A stretch of 64,000 nucleotides of DNA from an uncultured Solirubrobacterales bacterium (GCA_963831845.1 CAWHRT010000025.1:16659-80658); one strand, 5' to 3'. Positions 48,491 to 59,614 are shown, counted from the first letter of the stretch. Notes: generated from the sequence alone by a model not told the origin. Translations and numbers: made by a program.

Positions 48491-49926
48491 TCAGGGCTCC
48501 ATCCGCGGCGGGATGTTGTGGTTGAGCGCGAACGCGTTCGTCGGGTCGTACTCGCTCTTGATCTCGACGAGGCGCTCGTACGTGTCAGAGCCGTACGCCG
48601 ACCGGGCCGCATCCCCGTCGCCGAGGAAGTTGACGTACGCCCGGCCGGTCGACGCGTCCGCTGCCGCGTCGATCACCGCTCGCGCCCACGCGACGTGCGC
48701 CTCGGCCGCTTCGGGGTCCTGCCAGCCGGTGACGGCGTTGAGCACATACGGCATCGAGCGCTCGGCGAACGCTGACTCACCGTCGCCGACCCGGGCGACG
48801 GCACCGCCCATTTGGTGGACGTGGATCTCGCATTGCGGTCCCGGCGCCTGACGATGCAGCTCGCACAGCCGCTCGATCAGCTCGTCGTCGAGCCGGGCGA
48901 GATTGGTTGCCTTGAAGTAGGCATGGATGCCCTGCGGCCACAGCGGGTCGATCAGCGTCTGCATCGCCGTGTACGGCATCGGTCCCAGCAGGTCCGCGAC
49001 CGGCTCGGCGACCTCGCGGAAACCGTGCACGTGGGCTTCGGCCTCCTCGACCGGCCCGGCGGATGTTGCGATGAACGCAGCAACCTGCTTGCCGTGCCAC
49101 TCCTCCGGGATCACCGGAAGCGGCGGTGCGGTGGTCAGGTCGACGACCGCGGTCACGTCGTCTGAGGCATCCGGCGCCCACGCCCGAAACCGCCTGAGCA
49201 GGTCGCCGTCGGCGTCGGCGGAGTAGAAGATCGGCCCGGCGTAAACGATCGGCCCGACCGGATGCAGCTCGAACTCGAACTGGGTCACGATCCCGAAGTT
49301 GCCGCCGCCTCCACGCAGCCCCCAGAACAAGCCCTCGTTCTCGCTCGGGCTCGCGTGCACAAGCCGGCCGTCGGCGGTGACCACGTCGGCGCCGATCAGG
49401 TTGTCGCAGGCCAGGCCGTGCTTGCGCATCAGCCAGCCGATGCCTCCGCCGAGCGTGAACCCCGCGACCCCCGTGCTCGACACCAGCCCGCCGGTCGTGG
49501 CGAGGCCGTGGGCCTGCGTCTCGTGGTCGACGTCGGCCCACACCGCGCCACCGCCGACCGTCGCGGAGCGCGTGACGGTGTCGACCCGGACGTCGTTCAT
49601 CGCCGACAGGTCGATCACGATCCCGCCGACATTGGTGGAGAAGCCGGCGATGCTGTGCCCGCCGCCGCGGACCGCGATCTGCAGGCCGTGGATTCGGGCG
49701 AAGCTGACGGCCTCGAGCACGTCCGCCGCCCCGCGGCAGCGGACGATCACCGCCGGGCGGCCCACATGCGCGCCGTTCCAGACCCGTGCTGCCTCGGCGT
49801 AGCCGTCGTCGCCGGGAGTGAGTAGCTCCCCCGGATCGCCTCGCGAAGCTCGGCGACCGCGGACTCGTCGGGCGCAGTTGCGGTGGCGTCCCGGTTTCCG
49901 TTGTGCTTGATCTCGATCAAAGACAT
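48491..49926 (-). CDS. FAD-binding oxidoreductase (VAO/BBE family); frameshift in the G-run at about 49830
   Basis: RGGGHS, TGVAGFTLGGG, LRGGGGNFGIVT, YVNF, KSEYDPTNAF; AGGAGG RBS. Confidence 0.9.
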
Positions 49927-49982
49927 GCTGTCCTCCTGTAGCGAATGCGATGACGCCCATCCTGGGCATCGGGCGGAGCCCC

Positions 49983-50016
49983 CACATCGGGCAGATCCCC
50001 TGACATCCACCCCTGA
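49983..50016. promoter_or_regulatory. 34-bp putative AAA-LuxR binding motif, copy 2
   Basis: CACATCGGGCAGATCCCCTGACATCCACCCCTGA, 57 bp from the oxidoreductase ATG (copy 1 is 62 bp from the tautomerase ATG). Confidence 0.7.
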
Positions 50017-50057
50017 TTCGCGGCCCGCCGCCGACGACGTACCATCGCCCCGACGAG

Positions 50058-50765
50058 ATGCCCGGACACGATCGCCCAGCCACCACAGGACCCGGCCGCC
50101 GAGGTGTGGACGTCCCGGACGGCAGAGGGCGCACCGGCCTCGACCAGGCCGGCCGCGACCTAGCTCGCAACCCGAACGTCGTGATCCGCGATGTCGAGGT
50201 GACTTCGGACGGCTGGCACGTCCTGCGGCGCACCACCTACGACTATCGTCGCGCCGATGGACACTGGGAGACCCAACAACGGGAGACCTACGACCGCGGC
50301 AACGGCGCCACGATCCTGCTGTACGACGCCGGCCGCAAGACCGTATTGCTCACCCGCCAGTTCCGGTTCCCGGCCTACGTCAACGACCACTCCGACGGCA
50401 TCCTGATCGAGACCGCCGCCGGACTGCTCGACGACGACGACCCGGAGACGGCGATCCGCCGAGAGACCAGCGAGGAGCTCGGCGTGACGATCGGCGATCT
50501 GCACCACGTGTTCGACGTGTACATGAGCCCCGGGTCAGTCACCGAGCGGTTGCACTTCTACACCGCTCCCTACACCCCGGCCGATCGCACCGGCGATGGC
50601 GGCGGGCTGCAGTCCGACGGCGAGGACATCGAGATCGTCGAACTTGGCTTCGCCGAGGCGCTCGCGATGGTCGCCGACGGCAGGATCGCCGACGGCAAGA
50701 CGGTCATGCTCCTGTATTGGGCCGCGCTATACGGCCCCCTGGCGAAGGTCGCTTCAGAACCTTGA
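50058..50765 (+). CDS. nudK: NUDIX hydrolase, GDP-mannose pyrophosphatase NudK-like
   Basis: RETYDRGNGATILLY, LTRQFRFP, AGLLD..AIRRETSEELG, MSPGSVTE, GGGL..GEDIE, DGKT. Confidence 0.88.
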   Translation: MPGHDRPATTGPGRRGVDVPDGRGRTGLDQAGRDLARNPNVVIRDVEVTSDGWHVLRRTTYDYRRADGHWETQQRETYDRGNGATILLYDAGRKTVLLTRQFRFPAYVNDHSDGILIETAAGLLDDDDPETAIRRETSEELGVTIGDLHHVFDVYMSPGSVTERLHFYTAPYTPADRTGDGGGLQSDGEDIEIVELGFAEALAMVADGRIADGKTVMLLYWAALYGPLAKVASEP

Positions 50766-50773
50766 GCGCGAAC

Positions 50774-51937
50774 ATGCACACGGACGGGCTCAACCGCTCA
50801 CGATTTCCCGGGCTGGCCGACGGCTGGGTCAGGGCCGACGCCCCTTCGGGCACGCAGCCGGTCGATACGTCGATCGCGGCGATCCAGGACTACATGGCGT
50901 CGGGAGACACCGCGAACATGTTCGGCCGCTACCGGGCGTCCGAGGCCACCACCAAGCTGGTCGAAACCGCCCGCCGGCGCGTGGGCGAGTTGTTCGGCGC
51001 GCCGTCGGACGGGGTCGTGTTCGGCCCCAGCATGACCGCGCTGACGTTCCGCCTGACGCACACGCTCGAGAGCCGGCTCGGCCCCGGGGACCGGATCGTC
51101 TCGACCCGTCTGGAGCACGACGCCAACGTGCGGCCGTGGGCGATCGCCGCCGAGCGCTCCGGAGCCGAGTTCGCGCTCGTCGACCTCAACCCGGAGACGC
51201 TCGAGCTCGACGCACGCAGCGTGATCGAGACGATCGACGAACGCACTCGATGGGTAGCGATCGGCGCGGCATCTAACGCGCTGGGCACGCTCAACGACCT
51301 CGCGCCCGTGGTGCAGCGCGCCCACTCGGTCGGCGCGCGGGTGTTCGTCGACGCCGTCGCTGCCGCCCCACACCGGCCGCTCGACATCGCCGAGCTCGGG
51401 ATCGACGTACTCGCGTGCTCGGCCTACAAGTGGTTCGGCCCGCACGTGGGGATCCTGTGCTCGACCCCGGCGCTGCTCGCTGATGTGGCGCCCGACCGGC
51501 TGGCCACCTCCCCGGCCGATCCACCGGCGAGCTGGGAGCTGGGGACGCTGCCGCTGGAGTCGCTGGCGGGCGTGATCGCCGCGGTGGACTACATGCGCGA
51601 GGTGGGCTTCGAACGGATTGCCGCCCACGAGCAGGCGCTGACCGAGGCCCTGTCCGGCGGACTGGCCGCGATCGACGGGGTGCAGATCTTCGGGAAGCCA
51701 GCCCGCCGGATCCCGACCGTGTTCTTCAACGTGCGCGGAGTCCGCCCGGGCGATGTGACCAGCGCCCTGGCCGCCCGGCGGATTGCGGCCACCGGCGGCG
51801 ATGTGTACGCGCACGAGCTGTGCACGGCGCTCGGCCTCGGCCTCGAGGGCGCGGCGCGCCTGGGCTTCGTGCACTACAGCGGGCTCGACGACGTCGAGCG
51901 GGCCGTCGCGGCGGTGGCCGAGGTCGCGGCCGGCTGA
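50774..51937 (+). CDS. class V PLP aminotransferase, cysteine-desulfurase-like subfamily
   Basis: DAPSGTQ, LEHDANVRPW, ASNALGT, VDAV, CSAYKWFGPH, ELGT. Confidence 0.9.
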   Translation: MHTDGLNRSRFPGLADGWVRADAPSGTQPVDTSIAAIQDYMASGDTANMFGRYRASEATTKLVETARRRVGELFGAPSDGVVFGPSMTALTFRLTHTLESRLGPGDRIVSTRLEHDANVRPWAIAAERSGAEFALVDLNPETLELDARSVIETIDERTRWVAIGAASNALGTLNDLAPVVQRAHSVGARVFVDAVAAAPHRPLDIAELGIDVLACSAYKWFGPHVGILCSTPALLADVAPDRLATSPADPPASWELGTLPLESLAGVIAAVDYMREVGFERIAAHEQALTEALSGGLAAIDGVQIFGKPARRIPTVFFNVRGVRPGDVTSALAARRIAATGGDVYAHELCTALGLGLEGAARLGFVHYSGLDDVERAVAAVAEVAAG

Positions 51938-51950
51938 CTAGCTGCGCGGG

Positions 51951-53360
51951 TCACGCCGCGGCCCTCAGCTCCCCCGCGCAAGCCGACACGGGCACGCCGT
52001 CAGGGCGAACCAGCAGCGACCCCTGCGGTCCGATCCCGAGCGCCCGGGCGGTGATCGCCGGCAACGGGCGCACCGTCACGGGTGCGCGCGAGCGCGTCCA
52101 GTCGCCCGCGCCGGTGCCGTCGGGTCCGGTGAACAGCGTCAGTCCCGGGCCCAGCAGATCGAGCGTGGACCGCCGGTCTTCGCCCGACGCCGTCCACACG
52201 TGTGGGATCCGCGGTCCGAGGTCGACGTGCAGCTCGTCCGCGGCCTCCCGGACCGAGCCGTCCGGCTCGGCCGACCGCACGACGTTGTGTTCGGCGACGG
52301 GGCGGCGCTCCGGCTCGTAGGTGTCAAGCAGCGCCGGATCGGCCCACCCACGCAGGACCCAGGCGAGCTTCCAGGCGAGGTCGTACGCGTCACGGATCGC
52401 GGTGTTCATCCCCGTGCCGCCTCGCGGCGTCACCCGGTGGGCGGCGTCGCCGGCCAGGAACACGTTGCCGTCGCGGAAGCGGTCAGCGATCTGTGCCGTG
52501 TAGGCGAAGGCGCCGATCCGAGCGATCCGCGGCTCCAGGCCCGGGACTCCGGCCGCGATCCCGATCATGCGGGCCATCTTCGGGAGGTCGAACTCGGACG
52601 CCTGCAGCGTTCCTGGCGGGCGGATCAGGGCGAAGATCCAGCGGTCGCCCTGCCCTGCGGGCACGAACACGCCCGCCGCGTCGGGGTGGGTGATCGGATA
52701 GATCCCATAGCGGCGCTCGCCGAGCAGGCGCCACAGGGGCGCGTGCAGCAGCGCGGTGATCGCCTCCACCGCCACCTCGGGACCGTCCATCGCGACCCCC
52801 AGCGCGCTGCGCACGGCGCTGTGAGCGCCGTCGGCCCCGACCACGTAGCCGGCGCGGATCGTGCGCGGCCGTTGCACCCCGTCGCGGATCACCGCCTCCA
52901 CCCCGTCGGGGCGGGACCGCAGGCTCACCAGCTCGGTGCCAAACGTGACGCCGGCGCCGAGACGACGCGCATGCCGCAGCAGCACCGGCTCCAGGTGGTC
53001 CTGGGGCACGCACGCCGGCCCCGCCGGGCTGACCGCGGCGGCTTGCTCGCGGGTCGGCAGCCCGAGCGGGATCTCCAGGCCCTCGGGCGAGGCCAGCGTC
53101 TCGCAGACCCAACCCCGCCACTGGACCTCGAGCTCTGCCGCGCGGACCTCGTCCTCCAGCCCCCATGAACGGAGCAGCTCCATCGACCAGGTGCTGATCG
53201 CGGTCGCCCGCGGGTGATCGAACAGCGCCGGGCGCCGCTCGACCAGCAGCGTCTCGATCCCACGCCCGGCGAGCTCGGCCGCGGCCGTCAGACCCGCCGG
53301 GCCGCCGCCGACGATCAGCACCGGAACCTCTTGCACCCGTGCCCCCTCTTTAGATCTCAT
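51951..53360 (-). CDS. FAD-dependent monooxygenase (PheA/TfdB-like)
   Basis: VLIVGGGPAG, GADGAHS, FLAGDAAH, GGTGMNTAIRDA, LVRPDG. Confidence 0.95.
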   Translation of the reverse strand: MRSKEGARVQEVPVLIVGGGPAGLTAAAELAGRGIETLLVERRPALFDHPRATAISTWSMELLRSWGLEDEVRAAELEVQWRGWVCETLASPEGLEIPLGLPTREQAAAVSPAGPACVPQDHLEPVLLRHARRLGAGVTFGTELVSLRSRPDGVEAVIRDGVQRPRTIRAGYVVGADGAHSAVRSALGVAMDGPEVAVEAITALLHAPLWRLLGERRYGIYPITHPDAAGVFVPAGQGDRWIFALIRPPGTLQASEFDLPKMARMIGIAAGVPGLEPRIARIGAFAYTAQIADRFRDGNVFLAGDAAHRVTPRGGTGMNTAIRDAYDLAWKLAWVLRGWADPALLDTYEPERRPVAEHNVVRSAEPDGSVREAADELHVDLGPRIPHVWTASGEDRRSTLDLLGPGLTLFTGPDGTGAGDWTRSRAPVTVRPLPAITARALGIGPQGSLLVRPDGVPVSACAGELRAAA

Positions 53361-53389
53361 GTCCTATCCTTTTCAACTCAAGGTGTGTA

Positions 53390-53408
53390 TCACAGTTATA
53401 AACTATGA
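53390..53408. promoter_or_regulatory. AT-rich inverted repeat, likely PadR operator
   Basis: TCACAGTT-ATA-AACTATGA in the 57-bp gap between the divergent monooxygenase and padR genes. Confidence 0.65.
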
Positions 53409-53417
53409 AACGTAGCT

Positions 53418-53945
53418 ATGTCAAGCGATGAACTAAGCCTGTTCTCATACGAGGTCCTCGGGCTGATCGGCCGCGACGGCGCGGGGCCGCACGACCTGCG
53501 CCAGATGGTGCATCGCGGCCGGATCCTGGATTGGGCAGGGGAGAGCCAGTACTACGTCGAGCCCAAGCGCCTGGCGCGGCTGGGATACCTCGAGACCCAC
53601 AAGGAGCCGGGAAAGACGCGCCAGCGCACGGTCTACACGCTCACCGAAAAGGGACAGCAGGCTCTGCGCGACTATGCGCGCACGCCGGTCACGTTCCAGC
53701 CGTTCAAGAGCGAGCTGATGGTGCGGCTGCTGATCTGCGATCTGGTCGGGGAGGAGCCGACGCGCGAGAGCGTCGCCACCCTGCGCGACGATATCGCCGA
53801 CCTGAAGGCCCGGCTCGACGAGAGCGAGCGCGCGGCCGATTTGCTGCCCCACCGCCGCAAGTACCTGCTGCTGGTCAACGAGTTCCTGCGGCGCCTGCTC
53901 GAGCTGCACCTCGAGTTCGTCGACGAGCTAGAGCGCGAGCTGTAA
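53418..53945 (+). CDS. PadR family transcriptional regulator
   Basis: VLGLI..GPHDL..W..ESQYY.EPKRLARLGYL..RTVYTLTEKG. Confidence 0.9.
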   Translation: MSSDELSLFSYEVLGLIGRDGAGPHDLRQMVHRGRILDWAGESQYYVEPKRLARLGYLETHKEPGKTRQRTVYTLTEKGQQALRDYARTPVTFQPFKSELMVRLLICDLVGEEPTRESVATLRDDIADLKARLDESERAADLLPHRRKYLLLVNEFLRRLLELHLEFVDELEREL

Positions 53946-53958
53946 GCACGGCCGGCGG

Positions 53959-54315
53959 CTAGTGGCCCGCGAACTCCCACATCACGTGGCGCTCGGGCGA
54001 GGTCAGCATCCGCCAGCGCTCGTGAATCGGCTGCCATACGTACAGGTCGACGTCGACGAGGCTGTACACGTCGCGCAGCGCGTCGACAGCGTCACGGGCG
54101 CTGCCGTCGTCGACCAGCTCCTGCCGGGTCACCACGTCGACGACCCGGAAGCGGCGCGGCGCGGGCGGCTCGGGAGCCGGCTGCACGCGGGGCGCGGGCT
54201 CGCGCGGAACGAACACCGGCTCGGTCGGCGCGGAGCGCTGGGTGGTGCTCTCGAGCGGCACCACCGTGGCGCCGGTTCCCTTCGTCTCGGTCTTCAGGAC
54301 CCAGGTCTTTCCCAT
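53959..54315 (-). CDS. hypothetical protein
   Basis: GAAGGT RBS; WVLKTETKGTGA N-terminus, Pro-rich linker, FRVVDV..YVWQ..WRML domain. Confidence 0.75.
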   Translation of the reverse strand: MGKTWVLKTETKGTGATVVPLESTTQRSAPTEPVFVPREPAPRVQPAPEPPAPRRFRVVDVVTRQELVDDGSARDAVDALRDVYSLVDVDLYVWQPIHERWRMLTSPERHVMWEFAGH

Positions 54316-54354
54316 ACCTTCAGGTTAGTCGGGGATGCGCGTCAACACAGGGGG

Positions 54355-54678
54355 TCAGAGCACGCTGTGCTGGGCGCAGAGAACCCGCAGGCGCTCCATC
54401 GCGCCGGCCGTGCTCGACGGCAGCAACTCGAGCGCGTCGGCGGCCTGACGCAGCGCCTCGATCGTCACTCCGTGGGCCTCGAGCGCGAAGCGTCCGAGCC
54501 AGCGGACGGCGGCGCGCTCGTAACGCACGTGGTCGCTGTCGCGGAGCACCAGGCAGATCCGCAGCGCGTCATCGAGCGCGATGTGCGGGAGCTCGCGGGC
54601 CGCCGCGAGCACGAGCGTCTCGTTGCCCATCTCGAGCGCTCGCCGAAACCGGCCGTAGGCGCTGCCGTCGCTGGTCAC
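54355..54678 (-). CDS. helical hypothetical protein, probably SOS-regulated
   Basis: RFRRAL..AAARELP.IALDDAL..YERAAVRWLGRF; leaderless-looking GTG abutting a LexA box. Confidence 0.8.
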   Translation of the reverse strand: MTSDGSAYGRFRRALEMGNETLVLAAARELPHIALDDALRICLVLRDSDHVRYERAAVRWLGRFALEAHGVTIEALRQAADALELLPSSTAGAMERLRVLCAQHSVL

Positions 54679-54691
54679 GAACGTATGTTCG
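54678..54691. promoter_or_regulatory. LexA (SOS) box
   Basis: CGAAC-GTAT-GTTCG matches the Gram-positive/actinobacterial CGAAC-N4-GTTCG consensus. Confidence 0.85.
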
Positions 54692-54719
54692 CATCGGCGT
54701 CAAGCCCGCCGCGCGCGGG

Positions 54720-55844
54720 CTAGCGAGCGGCGGTCTCGGGCAGCGGCAGCGCGGCGAGCAGCTCCTCGGTCGGCGCCTCGAGCAGCGCGCCGTGATCGGT
54801 CTCGCCGGCCTCCGAGGCCCTGACGATGTCGATCGCGATCGAACGGACCTGGCCCGCGATCTCGGTCAAGGCGATGTCGGGATGTTGCGACGCAGCCCCG
54901 GTGGCGCGGCCCGCGGCCTGCAGCGCGATCCGATGGACGTCACCGCTGCGCCACGGCTCGTCGAACTGCGCCGGCAGCTCCCACGCCGCGAGTCCGAGAC
55001 CCTGTACGGCCTCGGCTAGATCGGACACTGGCGGACGCCCTCCGCGCACGTAGGAGAGCACGTTCCGGCTGAGGATCCGCGCGCTGCGGGCGGCCAGGTC
55101 GGCGTGCTCGATCACCCGCGCGTAATTGCCCAGCTCGGTCCGGCGCGAGCGGCGCAGCGGCGCCCACCGCGCGGTATCGCTGCCCAGCATCACGGCTCGC
55201 TTGAGCTCGTCGACGCGGAGCTCGACGCTCTCGGAGGCCTGCACCGCGGCCTCCGCGCGGCGCACGTCCCCGCCGGCCAGCCCGGCCGCGGAGTCGCGCA
55301 ATACCACCCCGAGCTCGCCGAACACCGCCGACGTCGCGCGGGCCACCCCGATCACCGGATCGGGCGGGAACACCAGCGTGTGCACGGCGAGCGCGACCCC
55401 GCCGCCGATCAGCACGTCGAACAGTCGTACCTCCGGCGTCGCGGACAGCGTCGCCACCAGGATCGCGGACACCGCGGCCTCGCCCACCAGCATCTCGCCG
55501 CCGCCCAGCAGCACCGCCGCCAGCATCGCGAGCACCACCAGCAGCCCGATCTGGGGCAGCCCGCCCCCGATCAGGCGCAGCAGCCCGTCGGCCACCAGGA
55601 TCCCCAGCATCACGCCGCCGATCAGCTGGACTGCTCGCTGGCGGCGCTCGGCGAAGGCGGCTCCGAGCGAGATCACGGCCGCGATCGAGGCGAACGCCGG
55701 GCGATGCTCGACGCCCAGCAGCGCGGCCAGATACCACGCGCCGACCGCGGCCACCGCGGTCTGAATGATCGGCCACACATGCCCGTACAGGCGGATCCTG
55801 GCCAGCTGAATGATTCTTGTGCTCACAACCTGAACAACACCCAT
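54720..55844 (-). CDS. FUSC/aromatic acid exporter family membrane protein (start uncertain)
   Basis: [45 protein letters not shown]. Confidence 0.88.
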   Translation of the reverse strand: MGVVQVVSTRIIQLARIRLYGHVWPIIQTAVAAVGAWYLAALLGVEHRPAFASIAAVISLGAAFAERRQRAVQLIGGVMLGILVADGLLRLIGGGLPQIGLLVVLAMLAAVLLGGGEMLVGEAAVSAILVATLSATPEVRLFDVLIGGGVALAVHTLVFPPDPVIGVARATSAVFGELGVVLRDSAAGLAGGDVRRAEAAVQASESVELRVDELKRAVMLGSDTARWAPLRRSRRTELGNYARVIEHADLAARSARILSRNVLSYVRGGRPPVSDLAEAVQGLGLAAWELPAQFDEPWRSGDVHRIALQAAGRATGAASQHPDIALTEIAGQVRSIAIDIVRASEAGETDHGALLEAPTEELLAALPLPETAAR

Positions 55845-55932
55845 GGTGACAGCCGTTACACCCCGGCTCGCACCGAGTAGGCTGGAACGGCCCCGGGGGG
55901 ATCGAGTGCAGCAGAGCCCGGGGGGAGTCATC

Positions 55933-58860
55933 TTGGATACAGAGCCTGTGCGTGCGCTTGTAGGTCGTGCTCGCGAGCTGGCTGAACTCGAGACAGCCCT
56001 CGACCAGCTCGCCTCGGGCGAGCCGTGCCTATTGCAGCTCGTCGGCGAGCCGGGCATCGGCAAGTCCAGGCTGCTCACGGAGATCTGCCGCGAGGGCGCG
56101 GACCGCGGCCACCTGGTGCTCGAGGGCCGCGCCGCCGAGTTCGAGCGCGACATCCCGTTCGGGCTGATCGTCGACGCGCTCAACGACTACCTGGGCTCGC
56201 TGGAGCCCGCGCTCCTGCGGGCGCTGGACGAGAACCTGGTGACCGAGCTGGCGGCCGTATTCCCGGCATTGCCCAGCCAGTACCGGGGCGAGGCCAGCGG
56301 CGGTGAGGGCGCCGAGCGCTACCGCCTGCACTACGCGGTGCGGAGCCTGCTCGAGCGGCTGACCGAGCGCCAGCCGATGGTGCTCGCGCTCGACGATGTG
56401 CACTGGGCCGACGCAGCCTCGGTGGAGCTGCTGACCCACCTGTTGCGGCGGTTTCGCGGCCCGCTGCTGACGGCGGTCGCCTACCGCCAGGCGCCGACGC
56501 GTCTACTCGCCGCGCTGGAGGGCAGCGCCCGTGGCGGCCGCGGGGCCCGCCTCGAGCTCGCGCCGCTGGGCCCCGACGACGCGGCAGCGCTGATCGGCCC
56601 CGAGGTCGACGAGCCGACGCGCGCGATCCTGTTCGCCGAGAGCGGCGGTAACCCGTTCTACCTGGAGCAGCTGGCCCGGACCGGCCGGGTCCGGCCGGTC
56701 CGCCCCGCCGCCGCGGCGCGGGGCTCGCGCCGCGCGGTCCCCCGAGAGGTGATAGCCGCGATCCACGAGGAACTGATCGCCGTGTCCGACGAATCGCGCA
56801 TCGTGCTCGAGGCGGCGGCCGTCGCCGGCGAGCCGTTCGAGCCAGAGCTGATCGCGGCGATCGCCGAGCGCGACATGATCTTCGTGCTCGCGGCGATCGA
56901 CGAGCTGCTGAGGTTCGAGTTCATCCGCACCACCGAGGCGCCCCGGCGGTTCCGGTTCAGGCACCCGATCGTCCGCCGAGCCGTGTACGACGGGACTCCC
57001 CGCGGGTGGAAGCTCGGCGCTCACGCGCGGGCCGCCGAGGCGCTCGCGGCCGCCCACGCCCCGGTGAGCCGGCGGGCCCACCACGTGGAGCAGGCCGCGG
57101 TCGCCGGCGACGAGCCGGCGATCGAGCTGCTGGTGGCGGCCGGTCGCGACGCTGCCCTGCGCGCGCCCGAGGCGGCGGGCCGCTGGCTGCTGGCGGCCAC
57201 CCGGCTGCTGGCTGGACCCGACGACGAGCAACGCCGCCTGACGCTGCTGGCGGAGGCGTCGAGCGCGCTGACGTTCGCGGGCGATTACGACGAATCGCTG
57301 GCGGTGCTCGACGAGGCGGCGGCGCTGCTCGGGCCCGAGCGCGTCGACGAGCGGGCCAGGCTGGTGGCGCGGACCGCGTTCGCCCGCCGGATGAGCGGCC
57401 GCCCGTTCGATTCGCGGGCGCTGGTCGCCGGCGCCCTGCAGTCGCTCCCGCCCGGCAGCACCGGCGCGCTGGTGCTGACGCTCGAGCTCGCGCTTGACCA
57501 CTACTGGCGCGGGGAGTTTCCGGATATGTACGAGACCGCGAGCGACGTGCTGGCCCGCGCCCGGGCGGGCGGCAACCCGCTGCTCGAGACGTGGGCGGCG
57601 GCACTGTGCAGCCTCGCCGCCACCGCGCTCGGGCGGCTGGATGACGGCGGCCTGCGGCTGGAGGAGGCCGAGGCCGCGTACGCCACGCTGTCGGACGACC
57701 AGCTCGCCGAGCAACTCGAGGTGGGCGGCTACGTCGCCCAGGCGGCGTTGGTGGTGGAGCGCGCCGACGACGCGCTCGAGCACGTCCACCGCGCGCTGCG
57801 CCTGGCGCGCCGGACCGGTCAGAGCACGTTGATCCCCGGCCTGCTGGTGCTCAAGGCCAACTGCCTGCTGATGCGGGGCCAGATCACCGAAGCCGCGGCC
57901 GTGGCCGAGACCGCGACCGACGCCGCGATCCTCACGGGGAACGACCAGTTCGCGGTCTGGGCGCTGTGGGCCGACGCGATGGTGTGCGCGTGGACGGGCG
58001 ACACGGGTCGCGCGCTGGCCAGCGCCCGGGAGGCCGTGGCCCGTTCGGAGGCGGTCACCCAGACGTACTTCTCGAGCCTTTCACGCCTGCACCTCGCCGC
58101 CGCGCTGAGCGCCGCCGGCGACGCCGCCGGTGCCCGCGCCGAGCTCGCCGCGGTCGAGGCGGGGCCGGCGCAGCAGCTGCTCGACCTTCGCGGGGGCCAT
58201 GGCTGGGAGCTGTTGATCCGGACGCAGCTGGCGCTCGGGGAGACCGACGCGGCGGCGGCGGCGGCGCAGGCGGCGGAGGCCCGCGCCCGGGCGACGGGAC
58301 TGGACCAGCGGGTTGCCACCGCGCTCTGTGCACGGGCCGCGGTACTGCTGGCGGCCGGCCAGACGGAGGGCGCGGATCGGCTTGCCAGAGAAGCGATCGC
58401 AGTCGGCGAGCGCACCGCCAACCCGGTACTGAGCGCGCGGGCGCGGGTGGTGCTCGGCAGCGCGCTGGCGGGCGCCGGCGATGCCGAGGCGGCGATCGCG
58501 GAGCTCGAGTCCGCGGAACGGACGCTCGTCGACCGCGGAGCGATGCGCGAGGCCGACGCGGCCGCCCAGGAGCTGCGGCGGCTGGGACGCCGGCGGCGGC
58601 GCGCTCGCCCGGCCACCTCAGCCACCGGGATCCCCGCGCTCAGCCCCCGCGAGCGAGAGGTAGCGGCGCTGGTGGCGTCGGGGAACCGCAACCGCGAGGT
58701 CGCGGCGGCGCTGTTCGTGAGCGAGAAGACGGTGGAGAGCCACCTCGCCCGGATCTACGACAAGCTCGGAGTCCATTCGCGCACGGCGCTTGCGGCGGTC
58801 ATCGCCAGCAAGTCCGAGGGGGGCCGCGTCACCGCCCTTAGCGAGCGCGACCCGGACTGA
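55933..58860 (+). CDS. large ATP-binding LuxR-family regulator
   Basis: [31 protein letters not shown]; [30 protein letters not shown]. Confidence 0.95.
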   Translation: MDTEPVRALVGRARELAELETALDQLASGEPCLLQLVGEPGIGKSRLLTEICREGADRGHLVLEGRAAEFERDIPFGLIVDALNDYLGSLEPALLRALDENLVTELAAVFPALPSQYRGEASGGEGAERYRLHYAVRSLLERLTERQPMVLALDDVHWADAASVELLTHLLRRFRGPLLTAVAYRQAPTRLLAALEGSARGGRGARLELAPLGPDDAAALIGPEVDEPTRAILFAESGGNPFYLEQLARTGRVRPVRPAAAARGSRRAVPREVIAAIHEELIAVSDESRIVLEAAAVAGEPFEPELIAAIAERDMIFVLAAIDELLRFEFIRTTEAPRRFRFRHPIVRRAVYDGTPRGWKLGAHARAAEALAAAHAPVSRRAHHVEQAAVAGDEPAIELLVAAGRDAALRAPEAAGRWLLAATRLLAGPDDEQRRLTLLAEASSALTFAGDYDESLAVLDEAAALLGPERVDERARLVARTAFARRMSGRPFDSRALVAGALQSLPPGSTGALVLTLELALDHYWRGEFPDMYETASDVLARARAGGNPLLETWAAALCSLAATALGRLDDGGLRLEEAEAAYATLSDDQLAEQLEVGGYVAQAALVVERADDALEHVHRALRLARRTGQSTLIPGLLVLKANCLLMRGQITEAAAVAETATDAAILTGNDQFAVWALWADAMVCAWTGDTGRALASAREAVARSEAVTQTYFSSLSRLHLAAALSAAGDAAGARAELAAVEAGPAQQLLDLRGGHGWELLIRTQLALGETDAAAAAAQAAEARARATGLDQRVATALCARAAVLLAAGQTEGADRLAREAIAVGERTANPVLSARARVVLGSALAGAGDAEAAIAELESAERTLVDRGAMREADAAAQELRRLGRRRRRARPATSATGIPALSPREREVAALVASGNRNREVAAALFVSEKTVESHLARIYDKLGVHSRTALAAVIASKSEGGRVTALSERDPD

Positions 58861-59375
58861 CCGTCGGGCTCGCCGGCGAGCCGGCGCGCGATGTGCTGAC
58901 GGCCTCGGTGCAGCCGGCTGGTGACCGTCGCCTCGCGGGTGCGAAGCGAGCGCGCCGCCTCGCGATAGGACAGACCGAGCACGTCGACCGCGACCACCGC
59001 GTCGCGATACGGCGCCGGGGCACTGGCGATCGCCTCCATGATCTCGCGCGCGTTGATCTCGCTCGGTTCCTGGGCAAGGGCGTCGTCCTCGAGCAGCCGG
59101 TGCTCCACGGGCCGGTGGGCGAGCGTGCGGTAGCGACTGGCCCATGTGTTGCGGAGCGCTCGCATCAGATAGGCGATCTCGTTGCCGTCACGAAGCAACC
59201 GCGGCCGCTTGAGCACGTTCAGCAGTGTCTCCTGAACCAGATCCTCGGCGTCGTGACGCGATCCGCACAGCGCCCACGCGGCGCGGTACAGCGGGTCGAG
59301 ATGGTCGCCCAGCCGCTCTGGGTCGAGCGTCCGCGGGCGCCCGTCTCGGCCAGGGGTCGCGGACGACCGCTTCAC
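58755..59375 (-). CDS. ECF sigma-70 factor
   Basis: [17 protein letters not shown] (region 2); [18 protein letters not shown] (region 4); GTGA overlap with the upstream small ORF. Confidence 0.9.
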   Translation of the reverse strand: MKRSSATPGRDGRPRTLDPERLGDHLDPLYRAAWALCGSRHDAEDLVQETLLNVLKRPRLLRDGNEIAYLMRALRNTWASRYRTLAHRPVEHRLLEDDALAQEPSEINAREIMEAIASAPAPYRDAVVAVDVLGLSYREAARSLRTREATVTSRLHRGRQHIARRLAGEPDGQSGSRSLRAVTRPPSDLLAMTAASAVREWTPSLS

Positions 59376-59614
59376 GGGAGCGGCACCTCCCTGACCTCCT
59401 CGGCGACCGTGCGCTGCGCGACGTAGTGGGGGAGCAGCGACAGCGCCTGGCGTTCGTCGGAAGCGTCCACGAGCCACCACAGGCGGTGGCCGCCGACCGC
59501 GCATGAGCCGAACGGTCGGCCGTGGCGCAGCGGGCTGGCGAAGCCCTTCCACGCCGCGACGGCGATCGCGCACTCCTGCGGCTGGTGGCTGTGGCTGAGG
59601 ACGTACTTCGCCAT
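59372..59614 (-). CDS. small His/Cys-containing ferredoxin-like-fold hypothetical protein
   Basis: YVLSHSHQPQEC..SCAVGGHRLWWLVDA; coupled to the ECF sigma gene. Confidence 0.8.
   Translation of the reverse strand: MAKYVLSHSHQPQECAIAVAAWKGFASPLRHGRPFGSCAVGGHRLWWLVDASDERQALSLLPHYVAQRTVAEEVREVPLP

Noticed and set aside
50774-51937. Assignment as a true SufS/IscS cysteine desulfurase
   Set aside because: The catalytic Cys loop is absent (GGDVYA where SufS has GHHCA), and no suf/isc genes are nearby.
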